Position numbers and translations under genes: made by a program. From Hormiphora californensis (taxonomy: Eukaryota > Animalia > Ctenophora): 64,000 bases of DNA. How positions within the stretch are numbered: the stretch's first letter is position 1; every line of letters starts with the position of its first letter. Shown here piece by piece: positions 15,010 through 45,800 of the stretch. A model generated the notes under the pieces. It did no database searches and was not told the origin of the DNA. It saw only the letters and a program-made list of their open reading frames with translations. The stretch is taken from positions 3,038,001 through 3,102,000 of the forward strand of contig CM035358.1 of assembly GCA_020137815.1 (NCBI GenBank). The letters run 5' to 3'.

Positions 15010-15064
15010 GAGCAGAGAGAGAGAGCAGAGAGAGAGAGCAGAGAGAGATTTAGAGACTGTGAGA

Positions 15065-15148
<84 letters not shown>

Positions 15149-15160
15149 GAGAGAGATAGA

Positions 15161-15239
<79 letters not shown>

Positions 15240-15276
15240 TGAGAGAGAGAAGGAGAGAGAGAGAGAGAGAGATAAT

Positions 15277-15307
<31 letters not shown>

Positions 15308-15320
15308 AGCATAGAGAGAG
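15010..15320. repeat. Long compound (AG)n microsatellite, representative of many in the window
   Basis: Other AG/CT tracts at 443-526, 3771-3910, 5283-5348, 16692-16765, 37103-37204, 50935-51060, 51232-51310, 61931-62090; (AT)n at 9706-9769. Confidence 0.95.
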
Positions 15321-16690
15321 AAGAAATTATGACTAAACAAAATGACTACTCGGTAGATCACCACAGGTACTGCAAATACACACGTAACTTTAAAACACCC
15401 ATTAACTGTGTACACGTGCAATTAAACTTGTATTACAATTCTAATACAATAGGCCTGAACTAAACTGTAACCATGACTACACATCCAGAAATGACATCAG
15501 ACGGGGAGACTGTTGCTAAGAGACGTAATTCATGACATCAGACATAAGGAGCTAAGATACGGAACTGTAGGACTGATGCGTTAACATACGGAACTGAAGC
15601 ACTAACATACGGAACTGAAGCACTATAAGACATATAGTCATATCTCTCTTGAGGCATCCGCGTGTAGCATGATAACATAGCGGGTAATTGTAAAGCTGAA
15701 TATGTAGAAATATGAATTATCATATTTTATCATGACAAACAACGTTCGTCCCGTTTTAAACAAACCAGGAAGTGCATGGAATCAGTTCAGAAATAAGGAA
15801 AATCTATTCAGGGGCGTATTCAGTGTGGGCGTGTCTAGATAATTAAACTAGTCATGGTCGACCATTATGGAAAACTAATTATTATCGCACAAGGGTTGAC
15901 ACATTTAACACAAGAAAGATCAGATTGAGTTTATGATGACGATTCAGATGATCAAGAAAATTATCCCCCAACCATCCATTCATGCTTGCTCGTTACAAGT
16001 TTTCTCAATTTTTAACTTTCTTTCTCACTCTATCGCTCTCATCACTTCTAATATCTTTCTAAATTTCTCCTCTCTCTATCTCTCTTTTCCATTATATTTC
16101 TCTCGCTCCGGGCTCCCTCTCTTTCTCGCCTCGTGGCGGCAAGCAATTACAAGAAATAATGTTGCAATAAACAATTTCAAATGCCATACAACACAATCAC
16201 ACGTGCACGCTCTAATCGGCATCATCAACAATCTGATCTCTCTGTTTCATTATCTCGAAATCTCGACCTGTCTCTATCTGTCTCTATAGTCTATCTGTCT
16301 CTCTCTCTGTCTCTCTCCTTCTTTTTTCTATCTAACTCGCTGTCTTTCTCCCTCTCTCTTTCTTTCTCCCTGTCGTTCTCAATTTTTCTTTATCTTTCTC
16401 GCTCTCCTTTTTTTTCTCGTTCTACTCCATTTCCGCTTATATCGGATCAATCACTAAACTAATCTACCATTTGTTCCTTTCTGTGCCCATTTAACAGGAA
16501 ACTAATTGGTTGGGGAGTAGGCCAGTTGTGTCGCTCACAATTGTTGTCTGCTCAAGTTAAAATAATGGCACATAGAACATTTCGTGGAACATCTGAGAAA
16601 TACTAGGAGCAGTGCAAAAAAAATAAATTACAAGCAATTACAATGTAAGTAGGTTGTCAACATCTAGACAAGATAGTAATCACGACAGAG

Positions 16691-16770
<80 letters not shown>

Positions 16771-17316
16771 ATGCTAATAAGAAGCCATACATTGGCAGCA
16801 CAAGAAATAATGCTTTAGTTCAAGACACCTACTGCATTGTGCTGTCTCCAAACCAAATTATGCATGTTTTGCAGTAGTATCGATACGATGAGTTTAGCGC
16901 TATACCACGTTTTCATAAAAATGTTGGCAGGCACAGTCTTTCAGAAAATACAGACTTAATACGAGTTATATAACAGTCAAAAAGATAATGAATCTCTACA
17001 AATTAAATATAACATCACATACAATATAAGAGAAGGAAACATCACGGCCAACTGAAGAGCGTTGTTCTACTTAGGTAGAATTCGAGCAATATTTCCCATG
17101 GACATGTATTTTAAACCAAAGTACAAAAAAATACACAGATTTCAAGTTCTCTCGAACATACTGAATACTCTCTAACTATCGAAATTCTCCCACACATTCT
17201 AGTTCTGCAGAAAGAGAGAAAGAGAAAGATAGTTTTAAGTTCTAACAGATATCCTGCATCTGGTTGGCTAATGGAAAACTGTGTCGACCACAATCTTCCG
17301 TCTTTCTCTCTCTCTC

Positions 17317-17347
<31 letters not shown>

Positions 17348-17608
17348 CTCTCTCTCCACATCACGTCATTACCAGATGACTAAATAACAGCCATCTATAT
17401 TAACCTCTCTTTCTATCTCTTTTTAAGTGATGATCCCCATCATCATTATGTGTCGCCAAGGAGAAATCACTATACAGTTACACGGAAATTGTTCATATAT
17501 TTCTCTCCTCAGGCTGTATTAAACAGAATACAAAACGACCCGATTACCATTACAGACAGAAAACAACAAAAATGACGGCATTTTCACGATAGTGTATTTT
17601 CCCATCAT

Positions 17609-22170
<4,562 letters not shown>

Positions 22171-22273
22171 GTCTAGAAATATTCTTTTTGTTTGTTTGGT
22201 AGATTAGCCATATCGCTGATTAGGTGATATCGACAAGCATTCGGACTTGTATCTGCAACCTGTGTGTCCAATG

Positions 22274-25200
22274 GGAAAACGTTAAAATCTGGGTGCCTTT
22301 CATTGCTAACAATTCGTAGTTTTAGCGCGCGCGACGGGTTAGGGCTATCCGTTAGGGTCTGGTAAGGGTTTGGTTTGAGGTTATCGGTTAGGGCTATCGA
22401 TTCTCTATCAATTACCATTTACCGTTTAGTTTATTCCAATTGGCCATGTGGTTGCGTGGCTATAGCCGTTTGAAAAAAGTTGGTATACCGTATAAGTGTA
22501 CTCTTTTAGTAGCGCACACCTGTAAACAGGCCGCAAGGCACCCAGATTATAATCGCGCCCTGTCCAATGCCCTCGACCCGTCCTTGAAGCGATTCGTGAA
22601 GAATCTACACTTTTATCGTGTCAGTGCTCAGTGCCTCCAAAATAAGGGATACTGTCTATGGCGGCGCATTGACGCAAAATCAAAAAAGTAAAAAACGTGA
22701 AAAAAAATAAAAAACATGTTTCAAAAAACATGTTTTTAAAAAAATATGTTTTCGAAAAATTTGATTTTGCGTCAATGCGCCACGTAAGCCGGCTCAATGA
22801 CGCAAAATCATGTTTTCGAACATTTTGATTTTGTGTTAATGCGCCACGTCGCCGGCTCAATGACGCAAAATCAACATTTCGAAAACATGTTTTTTTTCCG
22901 AAAATTTTGATTTTGCGTCAATGCGCCACGTGGCGCATTGACGCAAAATCAAAATTTTCGAAAAAATGTTTTTTTAAAAACATGTTTTTTGAAACACGTT
23001 TTTTTATTTTTTTCATGTTTTTATTTTTTTTGATTTTGCGTCAATGCGCCGCCATATACTGTCAGATACAAAAGTCTGAGTTCTATCAAGGATATCAGAA
23101 GACAGAAGCATCGGGTATGGCGGTCGCAGGAATCTCTCCAGCTATTTTTGCTGTTTCTAAAAGAATCTTTGACAAGTCTAGCTCTTCTGTTGTTCTGATA
23201 TTTGTATTTATGGTCGAATAGAACCTTTTTCCTGCACAAAACAAGCCAAAAATAGTCGTATCGTGCCGCAAAAATGAAAAATTCAGGTTTAAAAAAATTA
23301 GTTGGCATACGTTGCAGGCCCCTTATAATATAATATAAGGGGCCTGGAGGGAATACCGCGCTAGGGGGGAATACATAATCAATCATATCTCCGGTTCCAG
23401 ATAAGGTACAGAAATCGTTTTGGTAGCGTTGGAAAGAGGAAGATAACAGCTTTCAAATGCAACCGGTTTCAGGTCTCTATCTTATCAGGAACAGGAGATA
23501 TGAACCAAACTCCGCAAAATCGAGTGCGGTAAAATCAAAATTTGAATGAAATTTTTAAAAAGGTGTCCCTGCAAGAATCTGTGACGTCACTTTTTGAAAA
23601 CAACCCATCTTTCAACGGCTATTGCTCAGCCTCCTTAAGTCCAATTAACTTCTCTCAAAAACAGCAAGGTAGATAATCGTCAGATCTAACAACTGGTGAA
23701 AGAATCAAGTCAAACGGACTTCAGGAGCCAAAGTTATAAGCACCGCCGTTTTTTCGACCGCAAAGTTATCTTCGACCCAGCCGGGATCAGGCCAAACGCG
23801 CGCGCGGCATTCCCTCCAGTCCCCTCGTTGCGGGGGTGCGCGCATGAGGGGGCTGCAGCGCATTCCAAAAAAATTAGAAGTGTGGAAAAAAGTAAAATTT
23901 TAACATTTTTAAATGTTTTTAAGAAACAAATGCAGCGAGGAGTTTAAAAATATCGCCGCGTACGTAAAATAAATCCGCGCGGCGTGATAAAATACATTCT
24001 GGTCTAGCGCCGCGGCTGAACAAAATCAAAAATCGAAACTCACGTTTTTTCAGATTTTCCATTTTTTGTTGGCCAGCGTTAAAAATTAAAATCGGCCAGC
24101 GTTAAAATCTGGGTGTTTTGGGAGTGCTGACAAACGTTTTTTTAGGGTTAGGGCTAAAGTAGGGTTAGGGTTGGGGTTTGGGTTGGGGTTAGGCCTTGAC
24201 ATTCCCTACCAGATAAACTTTGAATCAGCCAAAACGGTTGAGTGGTTTGGCGGTTAGAGCCATTTTAGTGAATCAACTTTTTTGGCAGCGCGCACCTGTA
24301 AACAGACCTCCAAACACCCAGATCGTAACGGCGCCCGTTAAAATCTGGGTGTTTTGGGAGTGCTGACAAACGGTTTTTAGGGTTAGGGCTAAAGTAGGGT
24401 TAGGGTTAGGGTTTGGGTTGGGGTTAGGCCTTGACATTCCCTACCATATAAACTTTGAATCAGCCAAAACGGTTGAGTGGTTTGGCGGTTAGAGCCATTT
24501 TAGTGAATCAACTTTTTTGGCAGCGCACACCTGTAAACAGACCTCCAAACACCCAGATCGTAACGGCGCCCGTTAAAATCTGGGTGTTTTGGGAGTGCTG
24601 ACAAACGGTTTTTTAGGGTTAGGGCTAAAGTAAGGTTAGGGTTGGGGTTTGGGTTGGGGTTAGGCCTTGACATTCCCTACCAGATAAACTTTGAATCAGC
24701 CAAAACGGTTGAGTGGTTTGGCGGTTAGAGCCATTTTAGTGAATCAACTTTTTTGGCAGCACGCACCTGTAAACAGACCTCCAAACACCCAGATCGTAAC
24801 GGCGCCCGTTAAAATCTGGGTGTTTTGGGAGTGCTGACAAACGGTTTTTAGGGTTAGGGCTAAAGTAGGGTTAGGGTTGGGGTTTGGGTTGGGGTTAGGC
24901 CTTGACATTCCCTACCATATAAACTTTGAATCAGCCAAAACGGTTGAGTGGTTTGGCGGTTAGAGCCATTTTAGTGAATCAACTTTTTTGGCAGCACGCA
25001 CCTGTAAACAGGCCTCCAAACACCCAGATCGTAACGACGCCCTTTTTTGTTCTCCAAAATCCAAATTTTTGAAAAGGCAAAAGCGCTGTCTTATCCCGGG
25101 GGCCAGCAGCGTTTGCCAATCCAAATTTGAACTCTCTTTTACGTCGTTTTTGATAATTGTCGATATCTCGCATCACAGACAAGGTAGAGACACCAAAATT

Positions 25201-25660
25201 GGTTACCCCGGCTATTTTTTGGCGGTGAAAACGATGGAAGCATCCATTTTAATCCACAAAACACAGATTTTGCTGCAGAGCAATTTTATGAAAGTTAAAA
25301 TAATGTCATAATTACGTCATAACTAATGAACGAGACAGAATTAGAAATTTTCGATACCGTAGCAATGGTCCTGATGGTACTCGGGCGTGATTATAATCTG
25401 GGTGCCTTGCAGCCTGTTTACAGGTGCACGCTACCAAAAGAGTACACTTAGACCGACTTTTTTCAAACGGCTATAGCCACGCAACCACATGGCCAATTTG
25501 AGTAAACTAAACGGTATCTGTTAGAGAATCGATAGCCCTAACCGATAACCCCAAACCAAATTAAACCCTAACCAGACCCTAACGGATAGCCCTAACCCGT
25601 CACACGCACCAAAACTACGAATTGTTAGCAATGAAAGGTACCCAGATTTTAACGTTTTCC
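22274..25660. mobile_element. 3.4-kb non-autonomous TIR element between PGGT1B and AK3 (3-bp TSD, possibly PIF/Harbinger-like)
   Basis: ~280-bp inverted repeats starting GGAAAACGTTAAAATCTGGGT, flanked by ATG/ATG. Four internal ~236-bp tandem units (24100-25040) contain TIR-derived and TTAGGG-like sequence. Confidence 0.75.
22657..23056. mobile_element. Palindromic MITE nested in the 3.4-kb element
   Basis: TIR TATGGCGGCGCATTGACGCAAAATC; 7-bp flanking duplication TACTGTC. Confidence 0.75.
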
Positions 25661-25676
25661 ATGGCCGTACTCCTAG

Positions 25677-32297
<6,621 letters not shown>

Positions 32298-32492
32298 ACG
32301 AGCCACTTTTTGTTGGCAAATGGCAAGACGTTTTATTATTACTGACGAGAAAATGATTTATATGGTTTAAAATGGTTTTAGTTTTTACGTGTTTTTATAG
32401 TTTACAGTTTTATCTGATTCAATTATTTTTTTTTCTAATCACTTCAATCGATATTATATTACTAAAAGGTCTTCCTATCAGCAAACACAGCC

Positions 32493-33698
32493 ATGGGGAA
32501 GCACGGGTTTATGACACCAAAAGCCATATCAAACCGGATCAAGTCGAAGGGACTTCAAAAACTCAAGTTCTACTGTCAAATGTGTGAAAAACAATGTCGA
32601 GATGAGAACGGCTTCAAATGTCACACAATGTCGGAGTCTCACCAACGGCAACTTCTACTTTTCGGGGAAAACTCCAAGAAGTATCTGGACGACTTTTCCA
32701 TGGACTTCAAGAACGAGTACGTTAAGTTGCTAAAGCACCGGTTTAACGGAAGGAGGGTATTGGCTAACCACGTGTATCAGGAGTATATCGCAGATAGGGA
32801 ACACATCCATATGAACTCCACAAAGTGGACAACCCTAACTGGGTTCGTCACCTGGCTGGGACGCAAGGGTATCTGCAAGGTAGATGAAACGGAGAAGGGC
32901 TGGTTTGTCACCTACATTGATAGAGACCCGGAGGCAGCCAGTAAGAAGGAGAAGAAGACCAAGATGGCAGCAGATGATGAGGAAAGACAAGAGAGAATTC
33001 TGATGGATCAGATTGAGAGAGCACGTGCCCATACTACTGATACAGGACCCTCAACCAGTACAGAGCTGGAGAGGGCAGATTCTGAGGAGAAGGTGGTGTT
33101 TGCAATGCCAAAACCACTGGGTAGTGTCAAGAAGGTGGAGATCAACCTTGGAAAGAATGCTCTAAAGGCAGCTGATAGAGCAGCAAGGGACGGTGATGAT
33201 ATGTCTGATACAATGTCTACTGTATCTTCAAAAAGTAGTAGCAGTAGGGGTAGCAGTAGGGGGAATGAAAAGAAGAGGTCGGCAATTGAAGAGCTGATGG
33301 CTGAGAACGAGGCTGGGAAGAAGAGAAAGAAGAAGAAGGATTCCTGGGTTTCAGAGGGGATTGTTGTCAAGATAATTACCAAGGACTTGGGTAAAGACTA
33401 TTTCAAAGCAAAGGGTGTTATCGAGGAGGTGTTTGACACGTACGGGGTGAAGGTTAAGTTACTAAAACTCGGTAAAAAGATCAAGTTAGATCAATCCCAT
33501 CTAGAGACTGTGATCCCCCAAGTGGGCCGGGAGGTCCTGGTACTGAACGGGGCCTACGAGGGTGGCAGGGCCGTCCTGGACAAAATGAATGTTGATAAGT
33601 TTACTGTAGATGTGACTATGAGAAGTGGTCCTTTCAAGGGTCGTTCTGTTAGAGATATTCCCTATGAAGATGTGTCCAAATTACACTGTAATGATTGA
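32493..33698 (+). CDS. KIN: DNA/RNA-binding protein KIN17, single exon, 401 aa
   Basis: N-terminal KSKGLQKLKFYCQMCEKQCRDENGFKCHTMSESH zinc finger, HIHMNSTKWTTLT winged-helix region, C-terminal KLDQSHLETVIP KOW/SH3-like region. Confidence 0.97.
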   Translation: MGKHGFMTPKAISNRIKSKGLQKLKFYCQMCEKQCRDENGFKCHTMSESHQRQLLLFGENSKKYLDDFSMDFKNEYVKLLKHRFNGRRVLANHVYQEYIADREHIHMNSTKWTTLTGFVTWLGRKGICKVDETEKGWFVTYIDRDPEAASKKEKKTKMAADDEERQERILMDQIERARAHTTDTGPSTSTELERADSEEKVVFAMPKPLGSVKKVEINLGKNALKAADRAARDGDDMSDTMSTVSSKSSSSRGSSRGNEKKRSAIEELMAENEAGKKRKKKKDSWVSEGIVVKIITKDLGKDYFKAKGVIEEVFDTYGVKVKLLKLGKKIKLDQSHLETVIPQVGREVLVLNGAYEGGRAVLDKMNVDKFTVDVTMRSGPFKGRSVRDIPYEDVSKLHCND

Positions 33699-33843
33699 GA
33701 ATCAGAATATAATACTCAGTTTACCAAGTTACATTATATTTCTATTTAAACATGACCAATAATTGAACAGTTCCAATCGTCTCATTCTTTTCTTGACTCA
33801 CAATATCAAATGTTAACAAATTCTCCCTTTTTATAGGCTCTCC

Positions 33844-34584
33844 ATGGCGCCCTCAGCCTCCCTATCCTCCATCAAGGCGCTCCTCCCTGCCTCAGGATCC
33901 CTCCTGTTGGTCCGACCTAACGAGGTCGGGGTGACAAAAGATGACATTGTCGCTGTTCAGAGCATCTTCAAACCTGAACATGATGTTACCATCCAGCTGG
34001 ACAGTTTACTGGATTCTAAAACATACGACAATGACGTCATCGTGTATGGGGCGTTTGGTGTAAACCCTGCTGTTGATTTTGAAGTTACACAGAGGGTCAT
34101 GAAGCCAGGCTCTATGGTTATCATTCTGGACAGTTCAGCTAATGCTTCTCTCTCAGTGGATTTCCTGATTAATGGGTTTATAGAGCCCAAGACATTATCT
34201 GATACAATAACAACAGCCCGCCTGACACCCCACTCTCTGGGAGCAGCCACCACCGTAACACCAGCAGCAGCCCCCAAAGTATGGAAACTGGCTGGAGGGG
34301 CCGATGATCTTGATGATCTGATTGATCCTGACGAGCTGCTGACTGAGGAGGACAAGACTGTACCTGACAAGAAGACCTACACATGCGGGCCAAAGAGCGA
34401 GAAAAAGAAGGCATGTAAAAACTGTAGTTGCGGGTTTGCAGAGGAGCTGGCAGGGGCTCCTCCACCTGCTGTGAAGTCAGCATGTGGTAGTTGTTACCTT
34501 GGTGATGCGTTCAGATGTGCCAGTTGCCCATATTTGGGCATGCCTGCCTTCAAACCTGGCGAGAGTGTCAAGCTGGCTTTGTGA
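33844..34584 (+). CDS. CIAPIN1: Anamorsin/Dre2 Fe-S assembly protein, single exon, 246 aa
   Basis: Acidic linker [12 protein letters not shown], Cys motif C-x9-CKNCSC, twin CX2C motif [29 protein letters not shown]. Confidence 0.96.
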   Translation: MAPSASLSSIKALLPASGSLLLVRPNEVGVTKDDIVAVQSIFKPEHDVTIQLDSLLDSKTYDNDVIVYGAFGVNPAVDFEVTQRVMKPGSMVIILDSSANASLSVDFLINGFIEPKTLSDTITTARLTPHSLGAATTVTPAAAPKVWKLAGGADDLDDLIDPDELLTEEDKTVPDKKTYTCGPKSEKKKACKNCSCGFAEELAGAPPPAVKSACGSCYLGDAFRCASCPYLGMPAFKPGESVKLAL

Positions 34585-34783
34585 GGAGAGATATAATAGT
34601 GTTTATTTGTGTTACATTTTCACATGTTTTTAAGCTGTCTAGATATATATCGTCTCTGCAGATATCCCCCCTGTTATTATCATTTGACTTCTTCGTTCTT
34701 TATCTCAGTATGACCAGTGGTCAATGACCGCTCTCATCCTATCTTTTTCTCTCAGTGATCCTATCCTCCTCTCTCAGTGATAC

Positions 34784-42721
<7,938 letters not shown>

Positions 42722-42898
42722 TTTGACTTATTTTTAATCGTAATTTATTATTTTTACTACTGTTTACTAAACGGGTTTTTTGTTACAAATTAAACGAATT
42801 CAGATATATTATGCTACCTAAACCTTTACTAACCATAACCTCCCCTCCCTCCCTAGCCATGTAGATACTCCTCCCTAGAACTACACACACAACTCGTG

Positions 42899-45800
42899 AT
42901 GGGAGCTGATCAGAGTACTGCGAGGGGTGCTGCAGGTGTCACCCCACCCGGGGCTGTCCCCCCTGGTGTTAGCACCTTGGGTCCTAACTTACAGAAGAGA
43001 TTTGCTAAAGGCATCCAATACAACAGTGAGTTGGAAATCTGAATTCTGATCGATCTTGGTTCTTGATTCTATTTGTTTTTCCAGTCACTCGGAATTGAGA
43101 ACTGTCCCCGGAGGGGCACTACCCTTGTTATTATTGTTAATACATAGGCATGTTCTCTCAGCATGTAATGGCTATGTATTAATTAGGCTTGTTACAAATC
43201 ATCCTACCCCCAGTGAAAGTTGTAATAAAGGGTGACCGTAATGTTGGTAAGACATGCCTCTTCAGACGGCTTCAGGGCCAGAAATTCTTTGAGGAGTATT
43301 CTCCCACTCAGGAGATTCAAGTTGCGTGCATTCAGTGGAATTACAAAGGTATATTTTAGTGTCGTGCTTTCTCTTTCGTTTAGCCTGGCCCCGTGTTTTA
43401 ATCTTTCTTTGTGCTATCTTTATCTGACTACATTCATGTATCACTATTATCTTTCCTCTATCTCGAAAGGTCTGGTGTATAAAAGCGATCGTGCAACAGG
43501 TGAACACTTGTACGTGCGTGTGTGTGTTATTTGAGCACTGTTTCAGTAATCCTCAATTTCTATGTGTTAAAACATCACGTCTATAAGCCAAAACCAACAA
43601 CAGATTTTCTGCCCGATTTTACGGAGTGATTTGCACTTTTTGATCCAAAATGCAACACTAATTAGAAATGAATCATGATCACACCCACATTGTTTCAGCT
43701 ACTGACGATGTCGTCAAGGTTGAGATCTGGGACATAGTGGATAAAGGGAAACCTCAGAAAAGAGAGGGACTCAAAATGGAAACTGAAGAAACGGTAAGAG
43801 TTTAGCTCGGTGGACTATATTCGGGATGTTATTGGTAATGAAATTACCCCTCCGCAATATAACAACAGGGGTGACTTCGTAACCAAGGGTTGTTACTTGT
43901 TAGTTGTAAAATGATTACAGTTTTGTCTTTTTCAGGCTCCCACATTGGATGCAGAGTTTATAGATGTTTACAAGGGAACCTCAGGGGTCATAATGATGTT
44001 GGATATCACCAAATTCTGGTAACATTACACACACACACACACACACACGATTACGACTAGCTGAAAAGAGCCGTCATGATTTAGTTCGAATATTTCCACG
44101 CAATCTCCAATTCAATCCCTCTATCGCTAGTTTGAACTGTTGCGCGCAGTTAAAAGCAAAGTGTGTGTGTGTGTGTGGCTCTAGGTTATAGCGTACCAAA
44201 CTCTGCCGCACGACAGAACGGTGTTGCAACCTGTCATAAAGTCTGTGGTCTGTATGAAAGATAGTAGCTAAAATATCACGCTCAAATTTACTCCAATCAA
44301 ACAAATTTCTCTGATATTCTAACTGTTTGTGGTCTGTATTGGGGCACTCTCACGCAAGCTTTTTGTCTTGTCAGCTTTTGGGTCAGGAACAAGGTAACGT
44401 TTTGCCTTTGAGAGAGTCTTGTGTTTGGTTTACTTTTAGTCTGGAACTAGGTAACGTTTTGCCTTTGAGAGTGTCTTGAGTTGGGTTAGTTCTGGATCAC
44501 GTTGTTGCCATGGTTTGTTACTTTAGCATGTCTAACGAGATGGAGAGAACCGATTAGTGTTTATTTATTGTGAAAGGGGAGTGAGGTGAAAGGGTATTGA
44601 GTGTTTCATGTCAAACGGCTGGTTAGTGAAAAGTGGATGTAAGATATTGTATAAATTCAAAAGTAATTATTTACATATTATCAACGACTACACCCAGCAA
44701 GTTTTCCAAATTAATTGTCTTTCATAGCTCGTACTTTATACTAATCGAGAGAGGGTAGGCCTCAGTTACAGTTGCCGGGAGGGTGTTCCAGAGACGAGGT
44801 GCTCTCACTGCAAAGCTTATTTCAAAGAGAGATTTCGCTCTCCGGCCTCTGGTATCCGGAATGACAGGAACAAGGGCCCTGATCCCGAGTCTGCTAGGGG
44901 CCTGGAAGAGATGTCGAGGTTGTTGGGGACTAGATCGTTAGGGTTTGCGAAAAAGGATGATGGAGTAGCAATCACGGCGTCTCTGAAGAGGAGAGGCCCG
45001 GGTTCTGTAGGCGGTCCCAGTAGCTATCTCCAGAGTTGGAGATCCAATCGATGAAGGAGTCTGATGTCGCTGACCAGGTGAGGGTCCAACAGGGGGCAGG
45101 CATACTCTAGGTGGCTTCTGACCAGAGACTTGTATAGGGTCAGCATCGTGGTTCTATCCCTGGTGCCAAATACACTTCACCTCAGTCCTACACTCTGTCA
45201 GGAGTACCGCTGGAACACCATCCGGTCCGTCCAGAACCGGAAGTAGGATTGAGTTCTTTAGGGCAGCAGTGAGATCCCGTTGAATATCGGTATACAGGAG
45301 ATCAGGGAATGGCGTGGAGATGGTGGGAGGGGTAGCGTTGATGGAAAGGCCCGGGGCACATGATTCGGAAACGATTCGGTATACTTGTCCTGGAAGAGAT
45401 CAGCTATTGAGGCGGGATCCGAGACAGCTCTCCCTTTAGAATCGAAAAGAAGGCCAATCTCAGTTTGGAGCTTGCTCATCTGTTTGGCGATACTGGAAAA
45501 ACCTTGGGGTTGGTTTTCATAGTTTTGACCACTGACTTCACCTTCTTCTCTCTTAGATTGTTCAGGGCTTCACCCAGTTTGAACTCTGTGGAGGCAAGTT
45601 GGTTCGTAGCAGCGGATATTGAAGCGGGATTTGGAGAGGGGTGGGAATGTAGTGCAGCAAGCCTAGTTCTTAGCTTCTTCTTACGTCGCCGTGGGCTGTC
45701 TAGAATCTTGGGCTTACCGGAGCGAGCTGGGTGGGTTGGGGTGTGGAGATATCGAGGGATTTTGGGTCAGGGAAATAGGGAACTCAACGAAGGAGGATTC

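Noticed and set aside
24140-24900. True telomere or chromosome fusion site
   Set aside because: The TTAGGG motifs are few, degenerate and embedded in transposon tandem units.
32835-34483. Antisense ORFs over KIN17 and anamorsin
   Set aside because: Shadow frames of real genes.
44058-44100. Possible hammerhead in the 114-bp direct repeat
   Set aside because: Core deviates (CTGAAAA, GAAT) and the stems are poor.
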